A DNA stretch of 64,000 nt, taken from contig CAVSGG010000012.1 of assembly GCA_963727455.1 (NCBI GenBank), positions 32,001-96,000 of the forward strand, in the 5' to 3' direction. The translations under genes were made by a program, and so were the position numbers. Shown piece after piece: positions 48,805-59,934 of this stretch (position 1 is the stretch's first letter; each line of letters begins with the position of its first letter). Source of the DNA: Candidatus Krumholzibacteriota bacterium. Lineage in GTDB: Bacteria > Krumholzibacteriota > Krumholzibacteriia > JAJRXK01. The notes beneath the pieces were generated by a model. That model did not search any database. It had not been told where the DNA came from and saw only the letters and a program-made list of their open reading frames with translations.

Positions 48805-50378
48805 GTGCTGCTTTCTCCACTCGATCTGCTCGTCGTCGCCCTCTACGCCGGGGCCGTTCTCGGCCTCGGCGTTCTCGCTTCCTTCCGGCAGAAAGGAAGC
48901 AGTGAGTTCTTCCTCGCGGGACGCTCGCTTCCCTGGCCGCTGGTCGGCGTTTCCATTCTCGCAACCGCATTTTCGGCCGCATCACTCTCTGGGAGGACCG
49001 GGCGAGGCCTTTCGAACACGGCTTGCTCTGGCTGCAACTCCAGCTCGGCGACCTGCCGCCATCCTGGTCGTGTGTTGGCTCTTCCTGCCCTTCTACCAGT
49101 CGCTGAACGCCACCACCGCCTACGAATATCTGGAGCGGCGTTTCGGTCCGCGGGCGCGCCTTCTCGCCGCGCTGCTCTTCCAACTTCAGGTGGTCTTTCG
49201 GCTGGGAGTCCTACTCTACGGCCCCGCGCTTGGCGCTCTCCGCACTCAGCGGAATCGATCTGCGCATGTCCATCGTGGCAGTTGGGCTCGTGGCGACCGC
49301 CTACACTCTGATGGGAGGGCTGGCCGCTGTGGTCTGGACCGACTTCTTGCAGTTCGTCGTCGTGATCGCGGGAGTCGTCCTCTGCGCCGCGCATCGCCGT
49401 CGGCGGCATACCGGGAGGACTCAGAGCGCCCTTCACCTCGCGCGCGAGCACGGCCGTCTGAAGTTGGTGGATCTTTCGTTCCGCTCGAGCTCCGTGCGTT
49501 CGGTAGCCGGCGCCGTACTGGGTTACGGAATCCTCTCGCTCTCGGTGGCGGGGACCAATCAACAGCCGGTGCAGCGCTATCTCGCCTGCAAGTCCACCGC
49601 GGACGCACGCCGAGCCGCTTTGACGGGCTGGGCGGTGGGACTCTTCGTCACCCTCATCACTCTGCTCTTGGGGGTGCTCTTCTTCGCCTTCTACCAAGCT
49701 CCACGCGCACGAGCTCTCCCCGGACTGGCCCCCGACGCCATCTTCCCCCGCTTCGCGGCGGACCATCTCCCGGCGGGGATTCTGGGGCTCGCAGTGGCTG
49801 CGATCTTCGCCGCCGCGATGTCCAGCCTCGACTCCGCTCTGCACTCTCTCTCCACCTCGAGCGTGGTCGATCTGTACCGCCGCTTCTTCAGCAGCAATCG
49901 AAGCGACATGCACTACTTGAAGGTCGCGCGCGGAGCCACCTTGAGCCTGGGGTCTTTTGGGAATCGCCGCCGCGCTCTACGTGGCGGGCCGCGGCTCGCT
50001 CTTGGCGATGGCGGTACGCTACGTGGGTTATTTCGCGGGACCCGTCCTCGGGCTCTTCCTTTTGGGGCTCCTGATTCGACGCAGCAACGAAACCGGCGCG
50101 GTGAGTGGAGTGTGCCTGGCCTTCCTCGCGGTTGTCCTCAGCGTCAACGCCGAGACCTTCTTCGGCCGTCCGAGCCCCGTGCACGGAATCTGGATCGCAG
50201 CCCTGGGCTGCGCGGTGACTCTGGCCGCCGGGACCCTCTCAGCCTGCTCGCGCCGGCCCCGGCGCGCGGCAGCTGCAGGGACTCGTGCGGGGAGAGGCCG
50301 CGGGCACACAGCCCCTCGGCGCGCGGCAGAGCTGGACGGGTGGGCGGGATTCTCAGCGCATGCCGCGCTGGCTCTTGA
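48805..50378 (+). CDS. Sodium:solute symporter (several indels)
   Basis: [58 protein letters not shown] spread across frames. Confidence 0.85.
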
Positions 50379-51092
50379 TTTCCTCGTAGGCCTCTTGGAT
50401 TTCCTTGAAGCGGGTCTCCGCGAGTTCGACGAATTCCTGCGGCAGTCCCTTTCCGATGATCTTGTCGGGATGATACTCGGCCACGAGATGACGGTAGCGC
50501 GACTTGATTTCCTCGGGACTGGCCGAAGGAGAGACTCCCAGAACTGCGTAGTAAGCGCTTCGGGTCGCCACCTCGGCCCGACAGCAGTCCATCCACCGCT
50601 CCCTCTCCCATCTGGAAGATCCGCGCCGCTGCACGCAGCATCTTCTCCTCATTGGGATGCACCGTGCCGTCGGCCGCGGCCAAGCCGCACCAAGAGGTCC
50701 AGCATGACTTCGCGCATGCGCGGCTCGGCCGCGAAGATGCTCGCGAACTGATGGGCGTAGTCCTCGAAGCTGTCCGGACTGTCCTTGGCCTTACGAAAGA
50801 TCTCGATGGCGTAGTTCTGGTCCTGGGCAGAGAGCCGTAATTGGTTGCGCATGAAATCGCGCACCAGAGCGATCTCCTCGTCGCTCACGTGACCGTCCGC
50901 TTTGGCCAGCTTCGCCAGCATGGAGAAGGTGGTGACGAAGAATGCCGCCTGCGCCTGTTGTCGGGCGTCGGCGATCCGGCCACTGGCACCCTCGCCCAAC
51001 TTGTGACCCACCACGGCTCCCAGGATGCCCCCGATGGGTCCTCCCAGAGAGAAGCCGATGGCACCGCCGAAAATGCTGCCGATGAGACCCAC
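50353..51092 (-). CDS. djlA: DjlA-type co-chaperone (TM + TerB-like + J domain; indels near 50683 and 50560)
   Basis: Gly-rich TM, KLAKADG.VS..EI, A.ADG, Y.VLG..EIK..YR.L..EYHPDK...FKEIQ.AYE. Confidence 0.85.
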
Positions 51093-51153
51093 GGAGCTTC
51101 CTCTCAGTCCTGCAGAATCTGCGCGGAGCGGCGAAGCCGTCGGAAGGGCCAGC

Positions 51154-54100
51154 TCAACCGCGACCTGCGCCCGCCACGGTGTCTTCGACCAGAGTCGCCG
51201 TGGTCGGGAGCAATACCGAGGTGAGGAAGGTGCTGACCAGGAGTCCGCCCATGATCACCAACGCGATCGAGTAGTAGTAGACTCCGCCGATCGTAGGTTT
51301 CTGTACCACGATGGGGACCAGTCCGATGAGAGTGGTCAGTGCGGTCATCAAGATGGGCCGCAGCCTCTCTCGTCCACCCTTCAGCATCGCCTCCTCGCGC
51401 GGCATGCCCGCCCTGCGGTAGGAGTTGATGTGCTCGAGCATCACGATTCCGTTGTTCACCACGATTCCGATGAGCAGGAGCAAGCCCACCGCGGCCGGTT
51501 GATCGAAATCGGTTCCGGTGAGATAGAGAGTCCACATCGCTCCCGCGAGCGCGAAGGGCAAGGCGACCATCAGGGCAATGGCCTGACGCACCGATTCGAA
51601 GAGGCCCGCCATGACCGCGAAAACCAATAGCAGCGCCAGACAGAGATTGACCAGGAACTCGCGTGACTTCTCCTTGTTGCGCTCCTGCCAGCGTCCGAAT
51701 GTCCAGCGGTAGCCATAAGGGAAATGCATAGAGTTCATGGCCGCCGCCACCTGCGGCATGTAATCCTGGCCGCGGCCTTCGCGGTAGCTTGCGCCGACCC
51801 AGAGGCTCGTGAGCCGATTGTCGCGCTGGATGCGCTGCGCTCCCGGAACTTCCTGCAGAGCCGCCATGGAGGCCAGGGGAATCCGCGCCCCGCTTTCGGT
51901 CCAAATGGGCAAATTCTTGAGCTGCGCGAAGGTCTCGACTTTCTGCTCGTCCAGGGTGAGACGCATTTCGCGTTCCCCCTCGGGCGTGCGGTAGCGCGGC
52001 AGACGACGCCCGCGGTAAGTCAGTCCCACGATCTGCGCGGTCTGAGTGGGCGAGACTCCGTAGCGCGACAAGAGTTCGCGGTCGAGCTGGACATGAATCT
52101 CCTCGCTCCCCTCGTCCATGCTGGAGAAGGGCTCGCTCAGACCGTCGATTTGCATCAGCCGCGCCTTGGCCTCCTCCGCGAGACGAGCCAACACCTCGGA
52201 GTCCTCGCCCACGATCTGGAATGCCACTCTCTTGCCCCGATCCATCCGCCACTGTTGGCGGTTCTCCTGCACCTCCACCTTCACTCCGGCGATGGGAGGA
52301 ATGATCTTGGGCAAGAGCGTTCTCACCTTGGCGAAGTTCTCGTTGGTGGCCTCACCCTTCTTCAGGTAGATGCGGGTGAGCGTGAAACGATCGCTCCAGA
52401 AAGAATAGATCGAGCGCGCGTTCATTTCCTTCTTGTGCTTTTCGAGCGCGGTTTCTACCTGGCTCACGATTTTCTCTTTGCGCGCGAGGCTCATGTCCTC
52501 GCTGAAGTCGTAGCGCATGCCCACGAAGAGCTCGGACTGCGTGGTATCGAAGTTCTTGTCAACTCTCATGAAAGGGATATAAGCGGATGCTAATATTGCA
52601 ATTCCAATGACAGGCGCCAGCCAGCGATGGCGCAAATTGAAGGCCAGAAGCGACTGGTAATGATCCTCCAGGCCCACCATCAAACGCCCTTTGGGCCCGG
52701 GGCGGCGCCGCACGAACCAGGAGGTCGCCATCGGGATGAGGGTCTGGCTCACGAAGAGCGAGGCCAGGAGCGAGATACACACCGTGATGCCCAACTCGCG
52801 CAGGTAGATGTTCATCTCGCTGGGCTTGTTGAAGATGAGCGGCAAAAAGACGATGACGGAGGTCAGAGTCGCCGCCACCACCGCGGTGGAGACCTCCTTC
52901 GCGCCCAGGAGCGAAGCCTTCTTCTGGTCCTCGCCCATCTCGCGGTGTCGGAAGATGTTCTCCATCACCACCACCGCATTGTCCACCAGCATGCCCACCC
53001 CCACGATCAACCCCAAGAGGGTGAGGGTGTTCAGGGTGTGACCCTGACTCCAGAGAACCCCGCAGGTCACCACCAGGGAGAAGGGAATGCACATCACCGC
53101 GATGAGGGTGATCCCCACCCGCCGCAAGAAGAGAAGGAGCACCAGCCCGGCCAAGATGGTGCCGAACACTCCGCTGAACGCCAAGTCGCGCAGGGTATGT
53201 TCGATTTCCTCTCCCTGGTCGAACCAGACCAGAAAGTTGACACCCTCCAGCTCGGGATCGGAGTTCATCTCCGCGATGCGTTTCTTGAGCGCGCGGCCGA
53301 CCTCCACGGTATTCGCCTTGGCCTCCTGGGTGACTTCGATACCCACCGCGAAGCGCCCGTCCAGATGGCGCCCGTATTCCAGTGGAGGCTCCGCGTACTG
53401 CACGTCGGCCACGTCGGAGAGTTTCAAACCGTCTTCGCGCAGCGGCAGATCTTTGATTTCTTCCACGCTGCCCAGGGTGGAGAGAGTGCGCACCGAGTAA
53501 CGCCGTTCGCCCTCTTCGATCTTGCCCAGACTCATGTCGAAGTTCGACCCCTGCAGCACGCGCAGCACCTGGCGCACGTCCATGTCGTAGAACTGCAGAG
53601 CGTCGACTTTCAGATTGACCCTGACTTCCTTGGGCGCCACTCCGTCCATCCGCACTTGCGCCACTCCGGGAATCCGCTCCAAGGGCCGCACGATGCGGCG
53701 GTCCAAGAGGTCGTAGCTCGCGCTGAGATCGCGCTCGCTGGAGAGCCGTCCCTCGAGAATCGGCGCGTCGGCGTCGCGATCGTCCCAGTTGTTCGAAACG
53801 CGAATGTCACCCAGATCTTCGGGAAGATCGCGGCGCACGCGGTCCACTTTTTCCCAGATCTCCGTACGCGCCACGTTGAGATCGGTGCTCCAGGAGAAAC
53901 CCAGGCGAATTCTGCCCCCGTCGCTGCTGCACATGGACCACATGTTGTTCAGACCCTTGACCGAGCCCACTGCGTCCTCGACCGGGCGCACCACCATCCG
54001 CTCCACCTGTTCGGGAGAAGCGTTCGCGTAGGGAAGCGTGATGAAGAGCTGGGGACGCTCGAACTCGGGCATGAAGGCCAAAGGAAGCCGCACCAGGGCG

Positions 54101-54180
54101 ACGAGCCCCAACACCAAGAGACTCACCAGAACCATCAGAGTCGTGACGTGACGGCGAATGGCGATCTCGGGAAGGGTCAT
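51154..54180 (-). CDS. RND efflux permease subunit
   Basis: 1008 aa; GMLVDNAVVV.EN, GIVVNNGIV, RLRPILMT.LTT. Confidence 0.95.
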   Translation of the reverse strand: MTLPEIAIRRHVTTLMVLVSLLVLGLVALVRLPLAFMPEFERPQLFITLPYANASPEQVERMVVRPVEDAVGSVKGLNNMWSMCSSDGGRIRLGFSWSTDLNVARTEIWEKVDRVRRDLPEDLGDIRVSNNWDDRDADAPILEGRLSSERDLSASYDLLDRRIVRPLERIPGVAQVRMDGVAPKEVRVNLKVDALQFYDMDVRQVLRVLQGSNFDMSLGKIEEGERRYSVRTLSTLGSVEEIKDLPLREDGLKLSDVADVQYAEPPLEYGRHLDGRFAVGIEVTQEAKANTVEVGRALKKRIAEMNSDPELEGVNFLVWFDQGEEIEHTLRDLAFSGVFGTILAGLVLLLFLRRVGITLIAVMCIPFSLVVTCGVLWSQGHTLNTLTLLGLIVGVGMLVDNAVVVMENIFRHREMGEDQKKASLLGAKEVSTAVVAATLTSVIVFLPLIFNKPSEMNIYLRELGITVCISLLASLFVSQTLIPMATSWFVRRRPGPKGRLMVGLEDHYQSLLAFNLRHRWLAPVIGIAILASAYIPFMRVDKNFDTTQSELFVGMRYDFSEDMSLARKEKIVSQVETALEKHKKEMNARSIYSFWSDRFTLTRIYLKKGEATNENFAKVRTLLPKIIPPIAGVKVEVQENRQQWRMDRGKRVAFQIVGEDSEVLARLAEEAKARLMQIDGLSEPFSSMDEGSEEIHVQLDRELLSRYGVSPTQTAQIVGLTYRGRRLPRYRTPEGEREMRLTLDEQKVETFAQLKNLPIWTESGARIPLASMAALQEVPGAQRIQRDNRLTSLWVGASYREGRGQDYMPQVAAAMNSMHFPYGYRWTFGRWQERNKEKSREFLVNLCLALLLVFAVMAGLFESVRQAIALMVALPFALAGAMWTLYLTGTDFDQPAAVGLLLLIGIVVNNGIVMLEHINSYRRAGMPREEAMLKGGRERLRPILMTALTTLIGLVPIVVQKPTIGGVYYYSIALVIMGGLLVSTFLTSVLLPTTATLVEDTVAGAGRG

Positions 54181-57100
54181 TCCGAGACCTCCGTGCTCTC
54201 GCTCGCCTTGACCCGCGAAGGAACGATGACATAGGCGGCAGGGATCACGACCAGAGTCAGCAGTGTGCTCAATGCCAGACCCGAAGCCACCGTGATCGCC
54301 AGCGGCGCGCGCAGTTCCGAGCCTTCTCCGAAAGCGAGTGCCATGGGCAGAAGGCCCAAAACGGTGGTGATCGTGGTCATGAGAATGGGCCGCAGGCGCA
54401 GGTGTGCGGCCTCGATCACGGCCGCCCGCTTCTCGACTCCGGCCCGGCGGCGGCGGTTGATGGCATCGATGAGAACGATGGCGTTGTTCACCACGATGCC
54501 GACCAGCATGATGACTCCGATCAACACGATCACGCTCACGTCCGTGTGGGTCGCGAAGAGACCGGCCACCACTCCGACCAGAGCCAAAGGAATGGTGAAG
54601 AGCACCAGGAAGGGATGCAGGAAACTCTCGAAGGTCGCGGCCATGACGATGTAGACCAAGAACACGGCCAAGAGCAGTGCGAAGCGCAGACTCGAGAAGC
54701 TGCGCGCCATCTCCTCCTCCTGCCCGCCCATGTCCACCGTCGTGCCTGCCGGGGAGGGCACTTTCGCCAGCACTCGCTTCACGGATTTCACCGCGTCACC
54801 CAGGCTGTGCCCCTTCAGGCCAGCGCTGATGACGGCCGCGCGCTGTTGTTGTACGCGGTGAATTTCGGAGGGTCCCGTTCCCAAACGAACCTGCGCCACG
54901 GTGAGAAGGCGGATGGGTTCGCCGTCGGGCCCGGGCAACACGAGATTCCGCACGTCCTTCACCGAGTGGCGCTCCTGCTCGAGATTGCGAACGCGGATAT
55001 CGATCTGCCGGTCCCCTTCCTTGAAGCGCGTGGGCACGGTGCCCTGGATTCGGTCGCGCAGAGTCTGCGAGAGTTGTCCGAGGTCCAGCCCCAAGGACGC
55101 GACGCGGTCCCGGTCGAAGATGACTTCGACCTCCGGGCTCCCCGCTTCCAGGGAAGAGCGGACGTCGACCAGCCCGTCGATCTGAGAGAGAGCGCTCGCG
55201 ACCCGCAGCGACCAGTCGCGCAGCTCATCCAGGTCCTCGCCGAAGAGATAGACCTCGATCGGCGTCTGCAGACTGAAGTAGGTGGGCCTCCCGCTGTGGA
55301 TCTCCACGCCGGGTGCACTCTCGTACTCCTGCCGCAAGGTGGACATGACCCGCGCCTCGGCCTTGTCGTCCCCGCGATTCTTGAGCACCACGTTGAGCTG
55401 GGCGAGGTTCTCCGCTTTGGTGTTCAGGCTCATCCCCCCTGCCACCAGGCGGCTGCCCACCGTGGAGTAGATGGTTCCCACCTCTTCCTGCGCGGCAGCC
55501 TCGGCCTCCATCTTCTTCATCTGGCGGTCCGTCGCGGCCAGCGAGGTCCCTTCCGGCATCTTCAACTCGAAGAAGAACTCGCCCTCGGTGAGGGAAGGCA
55601 GAAGCTGCGTGCCCAGCCGGTTCACGGACGCAATCGAAACTCCAAAAAGAACCAGCGCGATCAACAGAGTCATCGCGGGGCGTCGGGTCGCGCCACGCAG
55701 GAGACGGTCGTAGTAGCGCTCGAAGGCACCCAGTTGCATTCCGGCCGGCGCGATTTCCGATGCCGTCGCCGATGCCGATGTCTTGTCCTCGCCCAACCCG
55801 CTCAGCATGGGGATGACGGTGAGCGCCACCGCCAGAGAGGCCAAGAGACTGAAGGTTACGGTGAGGGCCTGATCGCGGAAGAGCTGGCCCGAAATTCCCT
55901 GCACGAAAACCAGGGGCAAGAAGACTGCGACGGTGGTGAGCGTGGAAGCGGTGACCGCCGCCGCCACCTCGAGGGTTCCCTCGATGGCGGCCTTGCTCCG
56001 CGACATACCGAGCTGGCGCTGCCGATCGATCGATTCCAACACCACGATCGAATTGTCCACCAGCATGCCGATCCCCAGGGTGAGCCCCCCCAGGGACATC
56101 ACGTTGAGCGTAATGTTCGCCCGGTACATGAGCAGGAACGCCGCGACCACCGACAGCGGAATCGAGGTGGCGATGACCAGGGTCGCACGCCAGTCTCTGA
56201 GAAAGGCCAGGAGCACGAGTACGGCCAGAATTCCGCCGATCACCGCGGCGGAACGTACTTCGTCGACGGCCTGCTTGATGAATTCGGATTGATCGAAGAG
56301 CCCGGTGAGCTTGTAGTTCTTGGGCAGTTTTGTCGCGTTCCATTCGTCGATGCGTTTGTGAAGGCGTCGCGCCAGCTCCACCGTATTGGCATCGCCCTCC
56401 TTGAAGATGTCGATTTCGACCGATTCCTTGCCATTGACGCGGGTGATCTCCTCGCGTTCCTTGGTGCCGCGCTTCACCTCGGCGACGTCACCGAGCCGCA
56501 CCACCCCACTCTCTCCGCGGAAGACGATGAGGTTGGCGATCTCGTCGACGCTGTCGAACTCGTTGATGGTGCGAATGAGATAGTGATTCTGCGCGCCGCG
56601 AAGCGATCCCCCAGGCAGGTTGACGTTCGAGACGCCGACTGTCTGCGCGACTCGGCTCAGCGGAATGCCCAGCGCGGCGAGCCGCTCCTGGTCCACGTTG
56701 ATCTGGATCTCGTCCTCGAGACCGCCCTTGACCGCCGCCGAGGCGACGCCAGGGATGGACTCCAGGTCCTGCTTGAGCTGCTTGTCGGCGAGCCGCCTCA
56801 GAGCGGCCAGATCATCGCTGCCGGAGAGGGCCAGGCGCACGATCGGATCGAGCGAGGGATCGTAGCGGAGCACGATGGGGTCCTCGGCTTCCTCCGGGAG
56901 CACGATGCGATCCAGTTTCTCGCGCACGTCCATGGACAGCATGTCCATATCCGTGTTCCAGTCGAAGTTCAGGGTGACTTCGCTCACCCCCGAGCGGCTG
57001 ACGGAGTGAATTTCGCGCAGACCGCGCAGGACCCCAACCGCCTCCTCCACGGGACGGGTCACCAGGGTCTCGACCTCTTCGGGAGCGGTATCGGGGAACT

Positions 57101-57251
57101 CCGTCTGCACGGTGAGGCTGGGATAGGAAATGTTGGGAAAGAGCTCCAATGCGAGCCGTTGGTAGCCGACGAGGCCGAAGGCGGTGATGGCCAAGGCCAC
57201 CATCACCACGGTGACCCGCCGACGCACAGCCGTGGCGACGAGGGCGCGCAT
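54177..57251 (-). CDS. RND efflux permease subunit
   Basis: 1024 aa; APEEVE..VTRPVEE, GMLVDNSIVV.E, GIVVNNAIV, RLRPILMT. Confidence 0.95.
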   Translation of the reverse strand: MRALVATAVRRRVTVVMVALAITAFGLVGYQRLALELFPNISYPSLTVQTEFPDTAPEEVETLVTRPVEEAVGVLRGLREIHSVSRSGVSEVTLNFDWNTDMDMLSMDVREKLDRIVLPEEAEDPIVLRYDPSLDPIVRLALSGSDDLAALRRLADKQLKQDLESIPGVASAAVKGGLEDEIQINVDQERLAALGIPLSRVAQTVGVSNVNLPGGSLRGAQNHYLIRTINEFDSVDEIANLIVFRGESGVVRLGDVAEVKRGTKEREEITRVNGKESVEIDIFKEGDANTVELARRLHKRIDEWNATKLPKNYKLTGLFDQSEFIKQAVDEVRSAAVIGGILAVLVLLAFLRDWRATLVIATSIPLSVVAAFLLMYRANITLNVMSLGGLTLGIGMLVDNSIVVLESIDRQRQLGMSRSKAAIEGTLEVAAAVTASTLTTVAVFLPLVFVQGISGQLFRDQALTVTFSLLASLAVALTVIPMLSGLGEDKTSASATASEIAPAGMQLGAFERYYDRLLRGATRRPAMTLLIALVLFGVSIASVNRLGTQLLPSLTEGEFFFELKMPEGTSLAATDRQMKKMEAEAAAQEEVGTIYSTVGSRLVAGGMSLNTKAENLAQLNVVLKNRGDDKAEARVMSTLRQEYESAPGVEIHSGRPTYFSLQTPIEVYLFGEDLDELRDWSLRVASALSQIDGLVDVRSSLEAGSPEVEVIFDRDRVASLGLDLGQLSQTLRDRIQGTVPTRFKEGDRQIDIRVRNLEQERHSVKDVRNLVLPGPDGEPIRLLTVAQVRLGTGPSEIHRVQQQRAAVISAGLKGHSLGDAVKSVKRVLAKVPSPAGTTVDMGGQEEEMARSFSSLRFALLLAVFLVYIVMAATFESFLHPFLVLFTIPLALVGVVAGLFATHTDVSVIVLIGVIMLVGIVVNNAIVLIDAINRRRRAGVEKRAAVIEAAHLRLRPILMTTITTVLGLLPMALAFGEGSELRAPLAITVASGLALSTLLTLVVIPAAYVIVPSRVKASESTEVSE

Positions 57252-58426
57252 CAGGAGGAGGACCGCTTCTGAGACCGGCCGCTCTCGTTTTGCGGCACAA
57301 GCGTGACCCCGTCGTCCTCGATGATGTGCAGGGGCTGCGCCGGTTTCAGATTGCCCTGCCCCTTCACCACGACTTTCTCACCGTCCTGAACACCGCTGAG
57401 GATCTCGGCCGAATCGTCGTCCTCGAACCCGACTTCTACCACTCGCCTCTCGGCCAAGGAATCCACCGCGACGTAGACCACGTCTTCGCCCTTCTCGTTC
57501 ACTACTGCGGCCCGCGCTACCAGCACGTTTCCCTCGCGCCGTTGCGTCTGGACTCTCACCTGGGCGAAATCACCGGGCCGCACCTGGCGGGGGAACTTGT
57601 CGATCTCGATCGTCACTTTGATGGTACCGGTTGTGGCGTCGATGACCGGACTGATCAGGGTGATGTGCCCCTGTAGCTTCAGACCATCGCTGTCGAGGGT
57701 GAGTTCCACCGGTTGCTGGACACTCAGGTTCCGAAACTCCCGCGCGGGCACGTGCAATTTGGCCAGCATGGGATGGAAGTCGGCGATGGTGAAGAGCGGG
57801 GTCCCCACGTTCACCGTCTGTCCCAACTCGATGGAGCGCTGGATCACGTCGCCCGCGAAGGGTGCCCGGACCTTGGTGTAGGACAGATTCAGACGCGCGA
57901 GATCCTCCTGGGCCTTCGCGCTGGCGAGATCGCTCTTCGCCGTCTCGAATTCTTCGACCGAAACCAGATGCTGGTCGACCATATTCTTCAAACGGTCGAA
58001 GTTCGATTCCAGTTTAGCTCGATTCGCTTCCGCTTCGCGCAAGCGATACAGGTACTCGTTGTTGTCGATCTCCATCAACACCTGGTCGGCCTTTACCCTG
58101 TCGCCCTCCTCGCACTTCAGGGACTCCACCACGCCCTGCACCCTCGCGAGGATCTGAGCCTGTTTTTGCGCCTCGAGAGTGGCGGTGGCGGAATAGTAGC
58201 TGGCGATCGATCCGCGGTGGGCCGACTCGACCGCGACGTTCGCGGCCGGTAGGGTTGGAGCGCCGGCTCCCTTGGACTGGGGCGGAGTTTTTCCCTGCGG
58301 TGGTCCCTCAGAGTTCTTGGCACCCTGGCACGACAGGAGCACCGTCGCGGCGAGAGTGACGAGTCCGAGCATGAGCGTCCGTCGAGTCCGAAGAGACGCC
58401 GTAGAATGGTGCGAACGGGAAGGCAT
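57251..58426 (-). CDS. RND periplasmic adaptor (membrane fusion protein), lipoprotein
   Basis: LLS-C lipobox, lipoyl halves (G.V.....EGD.V; APF.G), ISPVID..TGT, V.VG..EI.SG...GE.VV. Confidence 0.93.
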   Translation of the reverse strand: MPSRSHHSTASLRTRRTLMLGLVTLAATVLLSCQGAKNSEGPPQGKTPPQSKGAGAPTLPAANVAVESAHRGSIASYYSATATLEAQKQAQILARVQGVVESLKCEEGDRVKADQVLMEIDNNEYLYRLREAEANRAKLESNFDRLKNMVDQHLVSVEEFETAKSDLASAKAQEDLARLNLSYTKVRAPFAGDVIQRSIELGQTVNVGTPLFTIADFHPMLAKLHVPAREFRNLSVQQPVELTLDSDGLKLQGHITLISPVIDATTGTIKVTIEIDKFPRQVRPGDFAQVRVQTQRREGNVLVARAAVVNEKGEDVVYVAVDSLAERRVVEVGFEDDDSAEILSGVQDGEKVVVKGQGNLKPAQPLHIIEDDGVTLVPQNESGRSQKRSSS

Positions 58427-58677
58427 TGAGTGTCCTCTTGAGGGGGGTCTGAGGGGTGGTAACTCGCCGAAGCATCGCTATCTCACCAGATTGTAGCCAA
58501 AACTAAGCACGGCGGAGCAGCCTGCCACTCTACGTCGGTCCTTGGCGGAAGGTTGCTCCCCAATCCGGATCGGGACAGGTATAGTACGCTCATTGTCGCC
58601 AAGATGCGATAGGGAGAAGGCCCACGGTCGTCTCGCGGCCGGGGACGGGGTCCCATCCACCCCAAGCGAGCGTGGCC

Positions 58678-59925
58678 ATGTTCGTCAAATTCTGCCTCTA
58701 TTCGGTATTCAAGAACCTGCGCTTCTTCGAGCCCTTCTTCGTGCTGTATCTTCTCGCTCCCATGGACCGGGGCGGGGCTCAGCTCAGCTACCTGGCGATC
58801 GGCACCCTGGTCGGCTACCAGAAGCTGCTCACGGGAATTCTCGAGATCCCCCTCGGCGTGGCCACCGATCGTTTCGGGCGGCGCAGCGCCCTGATTTTAT
58901 GCTTCAGCCTCTACACTCTGGCCTTCCCCTGCTTCGCATTCGCGAGCCAGCTGCACGGCGGCGCCCTGCACGGCATGCTCTATCTTGCGCAGACTCTCTT
59001 CGGCATCGGTGAAGCCGTGCGCACCGGCAGTCACAAGGCCATCATGCTCGATTGGGTGACCCGCGAGGGAGAGATGAGCGAGGTCACGAGACTCATCGCT
59101 CGCACGCGATTTTTCTCCAAGCTCTCCTCGGGTCTGGCAGCGCTCGTGGGTGGCTTGGTGGTCTGGCGCATGGCGTCCTTCACCCCCCTCTTTCTCGCGA
59201 CCACCGTTCCCGCCTTTTGCGGGATTCTCCTCATGTTGAGTTATCCGAGCTGGCTCGAGGGAGAGCAGCGGCGAGACGGACAGCGCCGCGTTTCTCTGCG
59301 GCAGGGGCTGAGCCGTCTCTTGGCCCGCAAGGGCCTCTGGCCCGTCTTCGTCGCCTCCCTCCTCTTCGAGAGCCAAGTGAAGCTGGCGCAACATTATCTG
59401 CAGCCTTTCCTCGCGGCAGATCTGAAGGCGCGCGAACTCGCTCTGGTGGGAGGAATCGGAGCCGTGCTCGTGGGTGCCTTCTACCTGGTGCAAGGAGCGG
59501 TGGGAGCCGTCGCCGCGCGCCTCTCTGCCCACGCGGAGGAGACGCTTGGAGGAGTAACGAGCGGTCTGTCCGGCATCTACTTCAGCTTGCTTCTGGCCAG
59601 CGGATTCATGGCGCTGTGCTTCAGCCTGGGCTGGCTCTCCTTGGGCTTGCTCGGCTTCTTCGTGGTGGCAGCTCTGCAGAATTTGCGTCGCCCCATTTTC
59701 GTCTCGGGACTGAACCAGGTCATGGACCCCGCGCAACGAGCGACCACCCTTTCTCTGGAAAGCCAGGCGCGCTCGTGGTCCGTCGCCCTGCTCTCACCTC
59801 CGGTGGGCTATCTGGCCGACCGCATGGGGATCGCGGCCGCGTTCGCCGCCATCACCCTTCTTCTGGCCGTGGGCTTGCCGCTGCACTTGCGGCGCTTCAA
59901 CCCGAAGCTGGACGCCACGAGTTGA
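58678..59925 (+). CDS. MFS transporter
   Basis: LEIP.G..TDRFGRR (motif A), GE..RTG, RAT.LS, G.LADR.G; about 12 TM. Confidence 0.9.
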   Translation: MFVKFCLYSVFKNLRFFEPFFVLYLLAPMDRGGAQLSYLAIGTLVGYQKLLTGILEIPLGVATDRFGRRSALILCFSLYTLAFPCFAFASQLHGGALHGMLYLAQTLFGIGEAVRTGSHKAIMLDWVTREGEMSEVTRLIARTRFFSKLSSGLAALVGGLVVWRMASFTPLFLATTVPAFCGILLMLSYPSWLEGEQRRDGQRRVSLRQGLSRLLARKGLWPVFVASLLFESQVKLAQHYLQPFLAADLKARELALVGGIGAVLVGAFYLVQGAVGAVAARLSAHAEETLGGVTSGLSGIYFSLLLASGFMALCFSLGWLSLGLLGFFVVAALQNLRRPIFVSGLNQVMDPAQRATTLSLESQARSWSVALLSPPVGYLADRMGIAAAFAAITLLLAVGLPLHLRRFNPKLDATS

Positions 59926-59934
59926 GCTCTCCCT

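Noticed and set aside
54402-57272. Long antisense ORFs (956 aa here; also 12900-14690, 31506-33140, 61229-62968 and others)
   Set aside because: Shadow frames of high-GC genes, with no motifs and biased composition.
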